This document shows, one piece after another, positions 10,833 through 22,201 of a DNA stretch of 64,000 nt (within the stretch, counting starts at the first letter, position 1; every line of letters begins with the position of its first letter). The notes below the pieces were generated by a model that saw nothing but the letters and a program-made list of their open reading frames with translations, searched no databases and had not been told where the DNA came from. This DNA comes from an uncultured virus (IMG/VR IMGVR_UViG_3300037067_004615) (taxonomy: Duplodnaviria > Heunggongvirae > Uroviricota > Caudoviricetes). A program made the position numbers and the translations under genes. The DNA lies in the IMG/VR virus record IMGVR_UViG_3300037067_004615; one strand, 5' to 3'.

Positions 10833-11063
10833 ATGCTCACAGTAATTAGTTGGATATTAACAATACTCTCAGTCATCGGTGCTATCCGTAATGCACAAGG
10901 TAAAATAGACGGTTTTATTATATGGTTAGTCTCAAACTCTGGATGGGTAGTTTACGATATCGTTACTCATCAACCGGCTCAGATTGCTTTGTTTTCGATC
11001 TATACGGTTATTACTATTTACGGTCTATATAAGTGGTGCAAATTAAAGCAACTAAAAGGATAA
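10833..11063 (+). CDS. Small PnuC-like membrane protein
   Basis: Three hydrophobic helices; GFIIWLVSN and GLYKW motifs. Confidence 0.55.
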   Translation: MLTVISWILTILSVIGAIRNAQGKIDGFIIWLVSNSGWVVYDIVTHQPAQIALFSIYTVITIYGLYKWCKLKQLKG

Positions 11064-11307
11064 TATAATGCCAGCTACTAAAGTAACTCAATGGATAATC
11101 TGTTGTAATAAATGCGGTGACATAATTTCAATCGATAATGTAGAACGATTCTTCGACATGGTTATAATAGCAAGGGGTTACGGTTGGTATGTAGGTTATA
11201 ATAGGAAGTACTGCGAATGTCCACAATGCTTCCATAATGGGCAAACTGTCTAGTCCTGTCTATGCCTTTGTACATTGGTCAGATGTTATTTTGTGAGGTT
11301 TTATATT

Positions 11308-12042
11308 ATGAAACATATTGTTTTATTTTCTGGTGGGGCTAATAGTTCGTATCTTGCATGGTTGGTATCTAAAGAACAAGATAAAAGGGATGTTATTCTT
11401 TTACATACTCCAACTTATACAGAACATCCAGACGCAGACCGTTTTAGAGAACAAGTAAGCGAGTATATTGGCATACCAATTACAGTTCAAGCGGATGGTC
11501 GTGATGTATGGCAATTAATTAAAGATAATCACTGTTTACCATCAGAGCGTATCCCATTTTGTTCAAGAACTTTAAAATCAGAACAAGCTGCAAAATTTTA
11601 CAAAATATTAGGTGAGGAATTTATAGTTTACTTTGGTTATGATGCAACTGAATGGCGTAGAGTCCAAAGAACTTCAGCACGATTAGAAGTATCGGGTTAT
11701 AAAGCGGAATATCCATTGTTAGACTGGCATTTATCAAGCGATGATATTAAAGACATCATTCGTAATGAGTGGAAAATTTGTTTACCTGAACCTTATTTAT
11801 ATTTAAACCACAATAATTGTTTGCCCTGTTTTAAAGGTGGACAGAAGCATTTTTATCAAGTCTGGAAACATTACCCAGATTATTATGCTATGGCTGAAAA
11901 AGCTGAAAAAGATATTTATCCATTGTATGAACATACGGTTTTTAAAGATACTAACTTAACTAAATTACGTGAACAATGGCAATCGCAAATGCCTATGTTT
12001 CCAGATGAAGATGATATGCGTCCTTGTATGTGTGCCTTATAA
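11308..12042 (+). CDS. PAPS reductase-like (PP-loop) protein
   Basis: FSGGANS PP-loop, CSRTLK, HNNCLPCFKGG, terminal CxC. Confidence 0.8.
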   Translation: MKHIVLFSGGANSSYLAWLVSKEQDKRDVILLHTPTYTEHPDADRFREQVSEYIGIPITVQADGRDVWQLIKDNHCLPSERIPFCSRTLKSEQAAKFYKILGEEFIVYFGYDATEWRRVQRTSARLEVSGYKAEYPLLDWHLSSDDIKDIIRNEWKICLPEPYLYLNHNNCLPCFKGGQKHFYQVWKHYPDYYAMAEKAEKDIYPLYEHTVFKDTNLTKLREQWQSQMPMFPDEDDMRPCMCAL

Positions 12043-12063
12043 TTTATAATTGAGGTATAACCG

Positions 12064-12417
12064 ATGCATAAATGCTACTACTGCCCATCAGAGTTTGAAG
12101 AATACCTAGACCTTGCTAAACATATCAATTCAGAACACGCCCGAAAACGTAACAAATGGGCGGCAACTTTTGTATTGAAAAACGTACTATTCGAGAAACA
12201 AAAAGACGAAGGCCGTGTTCCATTAACTGAGTCTGAAAAAGAAGCAAAGCGTAGCACTCAAAGAGAACTGTCAGGCCGTGAAAAACCAGTTAAAATATTA
12301 TGCCCACTTTGTAAAAGTCACGGCTATATGTCGATACCAATCGAACATTCAACTAATTCTTATGCATGGCATAGTAACGACTCTTTAATGATTATCTGTA
12401 ATAGTTGTAGGAGATAA
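12064..12417 (+). CDS. Zinc-finger protein
   Basis: C2H2 (CYYC...H...H) plus CPLC/CNSC. Confidence 0.6.
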   Translation: MHKCYYCPSEFEEYLDLAKHINSEHARKRNKWAATFVLKNVLFEKQKDEGRVPLTESEKEAKRSTQRELSGREKPVKILCPLCKSHGYMSIPIEHSTNSYAWHSNDSLMIICNSCRR

Positions 12418-12512
12418 TTCATCTAAAATAATATAAATTTGCCACTTGACACGTCTATAGTATTCTGCTATTATTGCTATATCTGTAGTAAATTAATATG
12501 TGAGGTATATAC

Positions 12513-12668
12513 ATGTCTGTAAATACAGAAAGCCAAATTGAATACACTTCTATTCGTGTTTCTATTGACACTCGCAAACGACTAAACGAGTTAGGCAACA
12601 AGAACGACTCTTACGACGATATTATTAAGCGACTTCTTGAATTACAGGATAAAATGGATTCACAGTAA
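12513..12668 (+). CDS. Small ribbon-helix-helix/antitoxin-like protein (51 aa)
   Basis: MSVNTESQIEYTSIRVSIDTRKRLNELGNKNDSYDDIIKRLL...; GAGGT RBS; TTGACA promoter near 12446. Confidence 0.7.
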   Translation: MSVNTESQIEYTSIRVSIDTRKRLNELGNKNDSYDDIIKRLLELQDKMDSQ

Positions 12669-12707
12669 TAGTGCCTTATACCAAACTTTGTATATTAAGA
12701 GGTCGCT

Positions 12708-13535
12708 ATGGCTAACCCCCAAAAAGAAAACGGCTATACTGCTATAGCCAACGAAACGATGGATAATTTATGCCGATTAAAACTATCCGATTATGAGAGT
12801 AGAGTTCTACACGTTATTTTTAGAAAAACATACGGATGGGATAAAAAATCAGATATTATTAGCCTTAGCCAATTTTCAAAACTCACAGGTATTTTATCAC
12901 AACATGTAGCAAGAACCATCAAGGATTTAGTTAATCGGAATATTATAGTTGCAAACTATTTAACACCACAATCAGTCGAATATTCATTCCAGAAAAATTA
13001 CGATTTATGGGATAAAAAATCACCCCTTGATTTAGTTTTAGAATCGCAACTACTACCTCATAAGGTACTACCTAACGAGGTACTACCAATTCAGGTACTA
13101 CCTAACGAGGTACTACCAATTCAGGACACAGGTACTACCAATCTAGGTAGTCAGGTACTACCTAAACAGGTAGATACAATAACAAATATACAAAACAACT
13201 CTACAATAGCAATTAATACAATAACAAATGATTTTGTTTTACCTGATTGGGTTGATAATATTATTTGGGATGCTTTTGTGGAAATGAGAAAAAAAATAAA
13301 GTCACCATTAACAGAACATGCAAAATATTTAATCATTAATAAGCTAGTTATTTTAAAAGAAAAAGGTTATGACCCTAATAAAGTATTAGACCAATCAACG
13401 ATGAATGGGTGGAAAGGTGTATTTGAAATTAATAGTTATGGGAATAACGGTCATAAAAAAATAAGAGGTGTACCAGATGATGAAAAACAAATTAGTGAAT
13501 TTGTGTGGGAAAGTCAGAGAAATAATGGACAATAA
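12708..13535 (+). CDS. Phage replication initiator (lambda O-like N-terminal domain)
   Basis: MANPQKENGYTAIANE...RKTYGWDKK; internal iterons; C-terminal W..F..MRKKIK.P.T. Confidence 0.85.
   Translation: MANPQKENGYTAIANETMDNLCRLKLSDYESRVLHVIFRKTYGWDKKSDIISLSQFSKLTGILSQHVARTIKDLVNRNIIVANYLTPQSVEYSFQKNYDLWDKKSPLDLVLESQLLPHKVLPNEVLPIQVLPNEVLPIQDTGTTNLGSQVLPKQVDTITNIQNNSTIAINTITNDFVLPDWVDNIIWDAFVEMRKKIKSPLTEHAKYLIINKLVILKEKGYDPNKVLDQSTMNGWKGVFEINSYGNNGHKKIRGVPDDEKQISEFVWESQRNNGQ
13049..13168 (+). repeat. 15-bp iterons GGTACTACCWAWNNA inside the initiator gene (probable replication origin)
   Basis: Four tandem copies 13064-13123, further copies at 13131 and 13154, a degenerate copy near 13049, and an A-rich tract downstream. 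Confidence 0.8.
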
Positions 13536-14313
13536 AATTACTGGCGATGATGAAAAACTGATTGACGTTGTAAAAAGACAACCGATCAAAGTCGTTATTC
13601 CATTCTTAGATAGTGTTGATGGATATTTTAAGCTAAGAACATTCGATGATGCCATTATTAGTTTGATTGATGAATTAATGGCGGATTATAATACCGATTC
13701 AAAGTATAAAAATTCAACGGTTAGTAATTATGATTTTGATAAAACTAATTTAACTATTGATAAATTTAGAAATAAAATAGTTGATTTTATAGACAATAGT
13801 TTGTTCGACAATAAAGCAAGTAGTATGATTTTATGTGGTAAAGAAAGTTTCGGTTGTGGTAAAACTCACCTGATTAATGCTTTCGCTAAACAGTGGTACC
13901 AGACACCCAAAGTAGAACTTAAAACTAACCAGTATGGTGAGGTTACTGTAACCTATGTTGGAGTAGGATATAAAGTGGTTCGTGAAGAAGATTTAATTCT
14001 CAGAATTTTAGCTACTTATAAAAAAGAACCGAAAGAATGTGAGACAGATATTTACAACCAACTAAGTAAGTATGATATTCTAGCGATTGACGATATTGGT
14101 AAATATGCTCCAACTAATCTTGAATTTTATCGTAGAGTGATGTTTCAGATTATCGATTCACGTTATAATAAAGGTCAAGGTATTGTGTTAAGCACAAATT
14201 TCGGATTAACTGAACTCACTAAATTCTTTGGAGTCGCTATATCTGATCGGTTGAACGAAATGACTAAGGGATTTCAGATAGAAATAAAGGGTGTTAGTAA
14301 CCGTGTCAAATAA
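13525..14313 (+). CDS. DnaC/IstB-like AAA+ helicase loader
   Basis: Walker A GCGKT, Walker B LAIDDIG, IIDSRY, STN, DRLNEM. Confidence 0.85.
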   Translation: MDNKITGDDEKLIDVVKRQPIKVVIPFLDSVDGYFKLRTFDDAIISLIDELMADYNTDSKYKNSTVSNYDFDKTNLTIDKFRNKIVDFIDNSLFDNKASSMILCGKESFGCGKTHLINAFAKQWYQTPKVELKTNQYGEVTVTYVGVGYKVVREEDLILRILATYKKEPKECETDIYNQLSKYDILAIDDIGKYAPTNLEFYRRVMFQIIDSRYNKGQGIVLSTNFGLTELTKFFGVAISDRLNEMTKGFQIEIKGVSNRVK

Positions 14314-14465
14314 ACCCTTCTTGTGGGTTGGGACTTTCATTTTTAAAAAGCATACGTGTCTTACATGTTATCACTATCAGGAATTTAAACACTGTTCTTG
14401 CCGTGACAAAGTTGATGTTGTAAACTATTTAAAAAACTGTAACGATTGGATTGAGGCGTAAATTA

Positions 14466-17201
14466 ATGAGTGAATCTTTAGGTCAAAAATACGAACGAAT
14501 TTTATCAATGTGTGAAGTTGGAAAGCGTCATGGTGCTTTTACACAGATAGCTTGTCCTTGTACTGGTAATCATAAACATGGCGATAAAGAAAAATCTGCA
14601 AGTTTAGGGTTGCACTCAAACGGGATTTCGTTTAAATGCTTTGCAGGTTGTCAAACTGACGACTTTTTAAAAGTTTTAGGTCTAACTTATAAAGATTTGT
14701 TTCCAGATGATGAAAAAATCCCGACTAATATTTATACTTACCACAACGCCGATGGTAGTTATCATCACGACAAAGTGAAATATCGCAGACCCGATGGTAA
14801 AAAGGACTTTAGACAACGGACAATTGACGAAAATGGCAAAGTTAGTCCGACTGCACAAGTCGGTATCCCGTTCGCTTACCCTGAACTGAATGATGGAATC
14901 AAGCAAGGCAAACAGGTAGTTGTTTGCTATTCGCCCGATACTGAATTACTTACCCTTAACGGATGGGTAAGATTTGATAAATTAAAACACAATGAATTAG
15001 TAGCTCAATATCACACCGATAATTCTATTACATTTGTGCAACCATCTAATTACCAAATATATGATTATGATGGGGAAATTGTAAATATTTATAGTGAATT
15101 TTGTGATTTAATGGTTACACCTGACCATAGAATATGGGCACACCGTCGAAAATGTAATTCTAAGATATACACGGCTGATAATCTTATGGATAAATCAGGT
15201 GGTGTATTAATTCCAGTGTCAGGATATTGTAATACTAGATATAGCATATCACAACCGACCATAGATCAAGCTAAATTCATTACTGCATGGATAGCAGACG
15301 GATATAAACCGCCTAGGGGGATGTATAATTTTAATATTAAAAAAGAACGTAAGAAGTTAAGATTAAGGGAATTATTAAATAAATTAAGTATTAGATTTAA
15401 GGAAGTAAACTACCCTTCTTGTATGGAATGGTCACAATTTTGGATAAAACGTGAAGACGTCAAATTTTTAGAAGAATATTGTCCAGATAAAAAATGGACA
15501 TGGGATATGTTAAAATGGGATTTTGATATTAGACAGATAATGATAGAAGAATTAAAGTATTGGGACGGCGATCAATCAGGTAAGTGTGGTAGTAGATTAT
15601 TTACAGCAATAGAAGAACAAGCTAATATAGTAACATGTATGGGCGTATTAACAGGTTATGGTTCTATTATGCGTAATGATGATCATACAGGTAAACGTAC
15701 ATTTGTAGTGAATTTAAACCATAAAATTGAGAGATCAATTATTCATAAACCGATAAGGTCAAATTACAAAGGGAAAGTTTATTGCTGTACTGTTCCAACT
15801 AGTTTATTAGTGACACGTAGGAATGGTAAAACAGTTGTTGCGGGAAATTGCGAGGGAGAAAAAGATGCACTCACAGGTAAACTTTTAGGGTATGTTTCGA
15901 CTACAATGGGCGGTGCATCGGACTGGAAAGACGAATATAAGAACTTTTTTAAAGGTGCGAGTGTTATTTTAATCCCTGATAAAGATGACCCTGGTCTTAA
16001 ACACGCTAATAACGTGGTCGAATCGTTAAAATCGGTTGTAAAATCGCTTAAAATGTTGATTTTACCGATGGGGAAAGACCTTACAGAGTGGGTTGAGGCC
16101 GGAAATAGTGATTTAAAGTCGTTAATTGATAAAAATGCTATTGAATTAGTCACTACTAAGGGCGTTCCAGAGCCAGTTGTAAGAGAAATTTGTGGCGGTT
16201 ACGAACTTTATTGGATTGGTTTAGGTTTAAAAGTCACAGTTGACCACATCGAGGACGACGATTTAGCAGAATTATCAATTTACGAGAAAGAAAAACCTGT
16301 CTATATTTCAAGTTATAGGCTTTTATCAGTCGCTCATAAGGAATCTTTAGTCAAAGCGTTGAGTAAAATCAATAAAAGTTTTGACTGGTTTACAATCGTG
16401 AACCAAATTACCATCGAATGTCTATCTCGTATCCGTGATGGTGAACAAGTCGTCATGTTAAATTCTGAAATTGGTGCAAAACGTCCAGAATTTTTAGTTT
16501 TTCCTATGTTTGTTAAAAATAATGCCAATATTATCTACGGTGATAGAAGTTCGGCAAAAAGTTTGTTCATCATGTTAGTTACAATCATGGCAACTATGAC
16601 GTTTGATGCGTATGATTTAAAGATTTCAGGAGAACATACTATCCTTTGGTTGGATTGGGAAAATGATAAATATACCACTGGTTATCAAAAACAAAGAATA
16701 CTAAAAGGGTTTGGGTTGGAAAATATCGATATAGCATATTTGCACTTATCGAGAACGTTAGCAAGGTCAGTTTCTCAAATCCAGAGAAAAATTGCAGAAC
16801 TAGGTGCTGACATTGTTGTTATCGATAGTCTCGGTATTGCGGTTGGTGGAAACTTAAACGAATCAGAACCGGCGATAAACTTTTTTAACGCTTTAAATCA
16901 ACTTCCGGTAACGCCTTTAATCATAGCTCATACGGCAAAGGATAAAAATAATCCACGTAAAACAGTTTACGGTAACGCCTATTACGAAAATCTTGCTAGA
17001 TCGATTTGGGAAGCGAATAAAGTTCAAGAAAACGAATCAGACCAGTTAGTACTTTCACTTTTCCAACGGAAAGCACCACCTTTTAGTGGTTATCAAAAAC
17101 CGTTTGGGTTTAGATTTTTGTTCGATGGTGATAAAATCTATGTTGAAAAATGTGAAGCATCGCAGGATGAAAGAACTAAAGAGCATAAAGATGAACGATA
17201 G
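14466..17201 (+). CDS. Primase-helicase (Zn finger, TOPRIM, RecA-like AAA_25) containing an intein
   Basis: CPC...H...CFAGC, CEGEKD/PDKDDPG/KDLTEW TOPRIM motifs, GDRSSAKS, VVIDS, IAH. Confidence 0.85.
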   Translation: MSESLGQKYERILSMCEVGKRHGAFTQIACPCTGNHKHGDKEKSASLGLHSNGISFKCFAGCQTDDFLKVLGLTYKDLFPDDEKIPTNIYTYHNADGSYHHDKVKYRRPDGKKDFRQRTIDENGKVSPTAQVGIPFAYPELNDGIKQGKQVVVCYSPDTELLTLNGWVRFDKLKHNELVAQYHTDNSITFVQPSNYQIYDYDGEIVNIYSEFCDLMVTPDHRIWAHRRKCNSKIYTADNLMDKSGGVLIPVSGYCNTRYSISQPTIDQAKFITAWIADGYKPPRGMYNFNIKKERKKLRLRELLNKLSIRFKEVNYPSCMEWSQFWIKREDVKFLEEYCPDKKWTWDMLKWDFDIRQIMIEELKYWDGDQSGKCGSRLFTAIEEQANIVTCMGVLTGYGSIMRNDDHTGKRTFVVNLNHKIERSIIHKPIRSNYKGKVYCCTVPTSLLVTRRNGKTVVAGNCEGEKDALTGKLLGYVSTTMGGASDWKDEYKNFFKGASVILIPDKDDPGLKHANNVVESLKSVVKSLKMLILPMGKDLTEWVEAGNSDLKSLIDKNAIELVTTKGVPEPVVREICGGYELYWIGLGLKVTVDHIEDDDLAELSIYEKEKPVYISSYRLLSVAHKESLVKALSKINKSFDWFTIVNQITIECLSRIRDGEQVVMLNSEIGAKRPEFLVFPMFVKNNANIIYGDRSSAKSLFIMLVTIMATMTFDAYDLKISGEHTILWLDWENDKYTTGYQKQRILKGFGLENIDIAYLHLSRTLARSVSQIQRKIAELGADIVVIDSLGIAVGGNLNESEPAINFFNALNQLPVTPLIIAHTAKDKNNPRKTVYGNAYYENLARSIWEANKVQENESDQLVLSLFQRKAPPFSGYQKPFGFRFLFDGDKIYVEKCEASQDERTKEHKDER
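14925..15848 (+). mobile_element. Intein (308 aa) with LAGLIDADG-like core
   Basis: Starts CYSPDTELLT, block B VTPDHR, ends VYCCTVP...VVAGN before a Cys +1 residue; WIADG and WDGD endonuclease-like blocks. Confidence 0.9.
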
Positions 17202-17708
17202 TGAATACAAAACCGAATGTGATAGACTATCAACACTTGAAGCACAGAACCATACAAGTTGGGGTAGGTGGTTTCTTGACGACGGACTACTATGTACATG
17301 GGTTTGCACCCCTAAAATAGGATTTAGTGTGGTTGGAAAATTGTTTCGATATGAAAAATCAGTAGATGAATTGAAAACCAAGAAAGATCGGGACGAGTTT
17401 TTAGTTTTAATGTCAGAAAAGTGTTGGATTGGACAAAAAGGGATGCACGATTTGAATAGAGCGTTTAAATTTATCAACAAAAGGGCTTCAACACTTGAAG
17501 GTTAGTAGCGGTTGTGGTATAATAAAGTTAGTTGTTAAAAATCAATATAAAATATGGCATGGAAATTTTCAGGACGATAGATTGTACTCGCAAAAGATTT
17601 AATGGCATGTGGCGACTAATTTAGATTATAAATCGTGATGGTTGTTGGGTTGGTCATAAGCCAGTAAACAGGTTATTTTTTTAAAGTAGAAGTTTTAGTG
17701 AGGTTAAA

Positions 17709-18098
17709 ATGGACTTTGGCGCAGAGCGAATGAGCCGATACTATGCCAATGGTAAAATATCAAAGTTAGGTGAAAATGTTGCAGACTTACTTAACGATGT
17801 TTGGTGCGGGATTTACCATATAGACGACTTATTTTTAAGAAAAGTTGACTGGACTAATAAAAACTGGATTAGGATTTCAATTTTTGGCGGTTTGAATTCA
17901 TACGACGACGATAAACTAACTCGTTTAATCATTTTAGCACACGATAGATGCCTTAGAGTAGAAATAAATCCGTGCAATTTTAATCATCTTGAACTATTAT
18001 TCCATCAACGTGAAAGAGTTGGAGACTTTTATAGTCGGATGCCAACAATGGAAGACCATCTTGCAGAAATTAGAAAGAACCACCAGAGAGTTTATTAA
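17709..18098 (+). CDS. Conserved phage hypothetical protein
   Basis: GIYH...YD...LTRLIILAHDRCLRVEI; GAGG RBS. Confidence 0.6.
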   Translation: MDFGAERMSRYYANGKISKLGENVADLLNDVWCGIYHIDDLFLRKVDWTNKNWIRISIFGGLNSYDDDKLTRLIILAHDRCLRVEINPCNFNHLELLFHQRERVGDFYSRMPTMEDHLAEIRKNHQRVY

Positions 18099-18276
18099 TA
18101 TGGGTGAATGTAAAAGTGGTCAATTCATGGATAACATGGTGGTAACTCATGGTGCATTAATTTGTTATGGGGGATACGGAAATGAACGTTGTAAATTTTT
18201 AAAAGATTGTCTAAAAGATAATTATTCTAACTTAAATGGCAAATGTAAAAAACTTTTAAAGGAATTGGAAAGTTAA

Positions 18277-18966
18277 ATGACTAAAATGTTTACTTATAAT
18301 GGGCAACCTTTAACCACTTGGAATATTCAAACAGGTTGTTTATACGACTGTTACAAAGGGGGATGTTGGGCTAAAAGGATGGCTGAAACTCGTTTAAAGC
18401 ATAGCCCAGAATATAAGGATTGTGGATTTAAACCAACATTTCACCAAAATAAATTTGACAAACATTTTAAAGTAGGAGAATTTGTATTTATATCGTCGAT
18501 GGGTGATGTTTCATTTGCTTCTCAAGGTGCTAGAATACAGATATTTACACGAATTTATAATAACCCAGAGACTAACTTTTTATTCTGTACTAAAAATCCA
18601 GAGATTTATAAAAACTATCCTCACTTTGAAAATGTATTTTATGGTGCGACAATCGAAACTAATAGAGATACATCACAATTTAGTAAAGCACCTATAACTG
18701 AATTACGTTATGATGCGATGAAAAGTTTACCGGCTAACTACAAACGGTTTTTAAGTATTGAACCTATCATGGATTTTGATTGTGCTGAATTTTTGAAATG
18801 GATTTTAGACATAGAACCGTCAATAGTTGAAGTAGGGGCCGACTCATTAAGAAATAATTTACCGGAACCGAGTGCATATAAGGTTCAATCGTTAATTGAT
18901 GATTTAAGGTTAAATGAAATTGAGGTTATAGAGAAAGACGGTTTAAAAAGGTTGTTAGAGACTTGA
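18277..18966 (+). CDS. DUF5131/Gp37-Gp68-like radical SAM protein
   Basis: TWN..TGC..DC...CWA, SMGD, TKNP, FLSIEP. Confidence 0.75.
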   Translation: MTKMFTYNGQPLTTWNIQTGCLYDCYKGGCWAKRMAETRLKHSPEYKDCGFKPTFHQNKFDKHFKVGEFVFISSMGDVSFASQGARIQIFTRIYNNPETNFLFCTKNPEIYKNYPHFENVFYGATIETNRDTSQFSKAPITELRYDAMKSLPANYKRFLSIEPIMDFDCAEFLKWILDIEPSIVEVGADSLRNNLPEPSAYKVQSLIDDLRLNEIEVIEKDGLKRLLET

Positions 18967-18997
18967 AAACTTAGTGATTGTGTGGTATGATTAAAAT

Positions 18998-19723
18998 ATG
19001 GATGATAAATTAACTATCAACAAACCTTTTAAACCCTTAGGAATGAATAATTACGGTACAATACCGTTACTACCAAATAACCGTGTAACGCCTGCGGATA
19101 AACATTGTGAAGTTGGTCAAGCTAGAATTGCCACTGAAAAAGCGAGAGACAAACATGATATTATAGTCTGTGAAGAAAAATTAGACGGAAGTAACGTGGG
19201 GGTTGCGCTATTAAACGGTGAAATTATTCCTTTAAGTCGTGCCGGTTATAGGGCAGATACTTCACTTTACGAACAACATCAAATGTTTGCACGCTGGGTT
19301 AGAGAAAACGAAAGTAGGTTCCGTTATATTTTAAAAGATGGTGAAAGAATTTGTGGTGAATGGTTAGCACAAGCTCATGGGACTCGTTATAATTTAAAAC
19401 ACGAACCGTTTGTAGCGTTTGACATTATAAAAGATCATCGGCGTGAAACTTATGATGTGTTTATTGATAGGGTCAAAGAATGTAATTTTATAACTCCATT
19501 TTTAATTCATAAAGGATTGTCTATTAGTGTTGATAATGCCTTAAATATTTTAGGTAAATTCGGACAACACTGTGCCATTGATGAAGTTGAAGGTTGCGTG
19601 TGGAGAGTGGAACGGAAAGGTGAAGTTGATTTTCTCGTAAAATACTTAAAACCGTACAAAGTTGACGGTTCTTATCTACCTTCAATTTCTGGTAAAAGTG
19701 AAGTCTGGAATTGGCATGATTAA
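18998..19723 (+). CDS. RNA ligase (nucleotidyltransferase fold)
   Basis: EEKLDGSN motif I, GEW, FVAFD, EGCVWR, LVK. Confidence 0.75.
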   Translation: MDDKLTINKPFKPLGMNNYGTIPLLPNNRVTPADKHCEVGQARIATEKARDKHDIIVCEEKLDGSNVGVALLNGEIIPLSRAGYRADTSLYEQHQMFARWVRENESRFRYILKDGERICGEWLAQAHGTRYNLKHEPFVAFDIIKDHRRETYDVFIDRVKECNFITPFLIHKGLSISVDNALNILGKFGQHCAIDEVEGCVWRVERKGEVDFLVKYLKPYKVDGSYLPSISGKSEVWNWHD

Positions 19724-21143
19724 ATAAAATGAGATGTATAAAATGTGGCGGACAATTTATAGAACGGCACGACGAATTTAAAACGGTAGTTGGCCGTGGT
19801 ATAGGTGGAATAAAGGTTGTTGGGCAATTATGGTATAGCTGTGATACTTGTGACGAAGCACTACTTTCGCCAGGATTGTGTTATAATATCGATGAACAAA
19901 TAAATCTAATAAAACTAAACAAAGGATTGGTAACTAAAACTTAGAATGATTAAGAACTTTTCAAATTATCGGATTGGTAAAACTTATTATTTTGATCTAC
20001 TGGATAAAGACGGTAGACCATTTACGACTAATGTTGCCGCAAAAGTTACAGAAAAAGGTGGCAAACATGGTAAAAAAATTCAACTTGAAATCAGTGGTCA
20101 ATTGGATTGGTATGAAGGAACACAACTAACATCTTCTAACCCTGTAAAAAAACAAGTTGTGGCAAAAAAACCAGAAGTGTTGTCGGAAATTAAAAAAGAA
20201 GTAGTGGTTGGCAAAGTTGTCGTCAATAAACAACCAGTCAGTTTAAAAGACATTAAAAATAAAGCGATGGAGATGGCATTTGAAGCTACTTCACAATTTC
20301 AGGATACTAAATCAGAAAAATTGATTGTGTTGGCAGTAGAACACTTTGATTATAAAAGTCTAACGAAGGGTGAAAATTCTGAGGAATATCGTATGCTATT
20401 TGAGTGTGTAAAACGTGACTTGAGAGCGATATTAATTGCTAAAGGGTATAACGCTTTAGAAGAATTAAATACTAAAACATCTATAAGAAAATTAATCTCG
20501 TTGATTAGACAGTATTTACCCCAATATCACAGTAATGGATAATGATTGGGATTTTCCTTTAAACCGATGGCGAGAAACTAGCATTTTAGGATGGCGTAAA
20601 ATACTAGAAGAAAGTAAATTAAACGGTGATGCGCATCGTGAAGAATACGCTAGAAAAATGTTAGTCGAAACTTTGGAAACTACAGAAATAGAAGAAGAAA
20701 ATAATAAACAAGCGAGGTTCATTTAATGCCTTTATACATTGGGAATGATTACAAACTTGAAACTATGAAATTAAATATAGTGCTATACTGTAAACCAGAA
20801 ATTAACAAAGAAAAATCAGACCGAATGAAAGAAGTTCTTAAAAAACTTCATGGTGAAGATGTTAAGTTCAAAAGTGATGAGGAAGATTACGTCGGTGGGT
20901 GGGTAACTGTTGGATACTTCTCTAATTACAGAAACGCCTTGTCAAAAATAATTGGGTTGGAAGTTGAAAAATCAGAACTGAAAGACGTACAAACAGTAAT
21001 GAATAGAATTGATAAAGCCGAACGTGATATTGTAAGTGCATTATCAGAAGTTAGTAAGTTGCAACTTGTTGAATCATCTAAACCGGATAAAATTAAGGAA
21101 GAAGTAGAAGCGATAGTAGATAGTCAATAATTGAGGATTAATA

Positions 21144-21623
21144 ATGCCTACTGTTTATCAAATCTATTTTGGTTCTGATGGTGCAGAAACTCGCAACCTA
21201 TATAAAAGACTTGAAGCAATCGGGCCAGTCGGTTTAGTTGCTTTAAATCTTTTTAGAGCACAGAAATGTAGTAGTCGGGCAAAGGTTTATCATGGCGGAA
21301 CTGGCAATCGGTCTTATCGAGATTTAGCGTATGACCGTAAACAATATTCAATACAAGAGTTGTGCAAAGTTTTAGACCAACACGCTAAAGATATAGGCAT
21401 AAAATGGGGATGGGGAGTAGACGATAAACAAGCGTTTCATAAGTATGTTCTTTACTGTGATGTCCCTAATTATGGGCAAGTTTCATTCCACACGAATGTT
21501 AAAGGCATCGGGCCGGATTATGATGGTCAATGGGATGGTCGAAACGCCAGCGAACAAAGAATACTTAAATGGGTTGATAGCGTGTTAAATAAGGCTTCAT
21601 CTGAGGTTAAAATAAATGCCTAA
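21144..21623 (+). CDS. Conserved phage hypothetical protein
   Basis: GQVSFH...YDGQWDG; GAGG RBS. Confidence 0.6.
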   Translation: MPTVYQIYFGSDGAETRNLYKRLEAIGPVGLVALNLFRAQKCSSRAKVYHGGTGNRSYRDLAYDRKQYSIQELCKVLDQHAKDIGIKWGWGVDDKQAFHKYVLYCDVPNYGQVSFHTNVKGIGPDYDGQWDGRNASEQRILKWVDSVLNKASSEVKINA

Positions 21624-22201
21624 AACAGTTAAAGAAAATACAGAAGAAAATATCCGGTTACTTGAAGGTAGGATTGTGGAACTCAAAAAGATACTGCATG
21701 ATGTTGAACTAGGAATTCACAACCTACAAGAGACAGTGGATAATGATAAAAAATATCTGGCTACGTTATAATGAAAACATTAAGTAGTGGTTATATCTTA
21801 AACATGGACGGATATAAGGAATTTCTGAGACTTTATCGCAACATAGTCAGAGAATTTGGCGATTGCGTTATGACTGTTTGTACTAGAGAATTTCGAGATG
21901 AGATTCTGTTTAAATCGTTCATTGAGGATTGTCTTTCAAAACGACAATTCAATTGGTGTGCGATTGAAATTGTGGAGTAAAATAAGAACTATGAATAAAG
22001 AAGTTGGTGAATTAAAACCTATCATAAATTACAGTGTCAATGATAATGTAGCAAAATTAAAGGAACAAATTAAAGCACAATGTAATTCAGATAATGTTAA
22101 ATTCATAGGGCTTTCGTACCATTTTTTAGTTGATGATAACTTTGTAGCAGATGTCAATATGTGGGCTGCTAACTTTAATCCAGACGATTATGTGGAGTAA
22201 A

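Noticed and set aside
13049..13168. Possible CRISPR array
   Set aside because: 15-bp units abut without unique spacers and lie in frame within an initiator gene; they are better explained as iterons.
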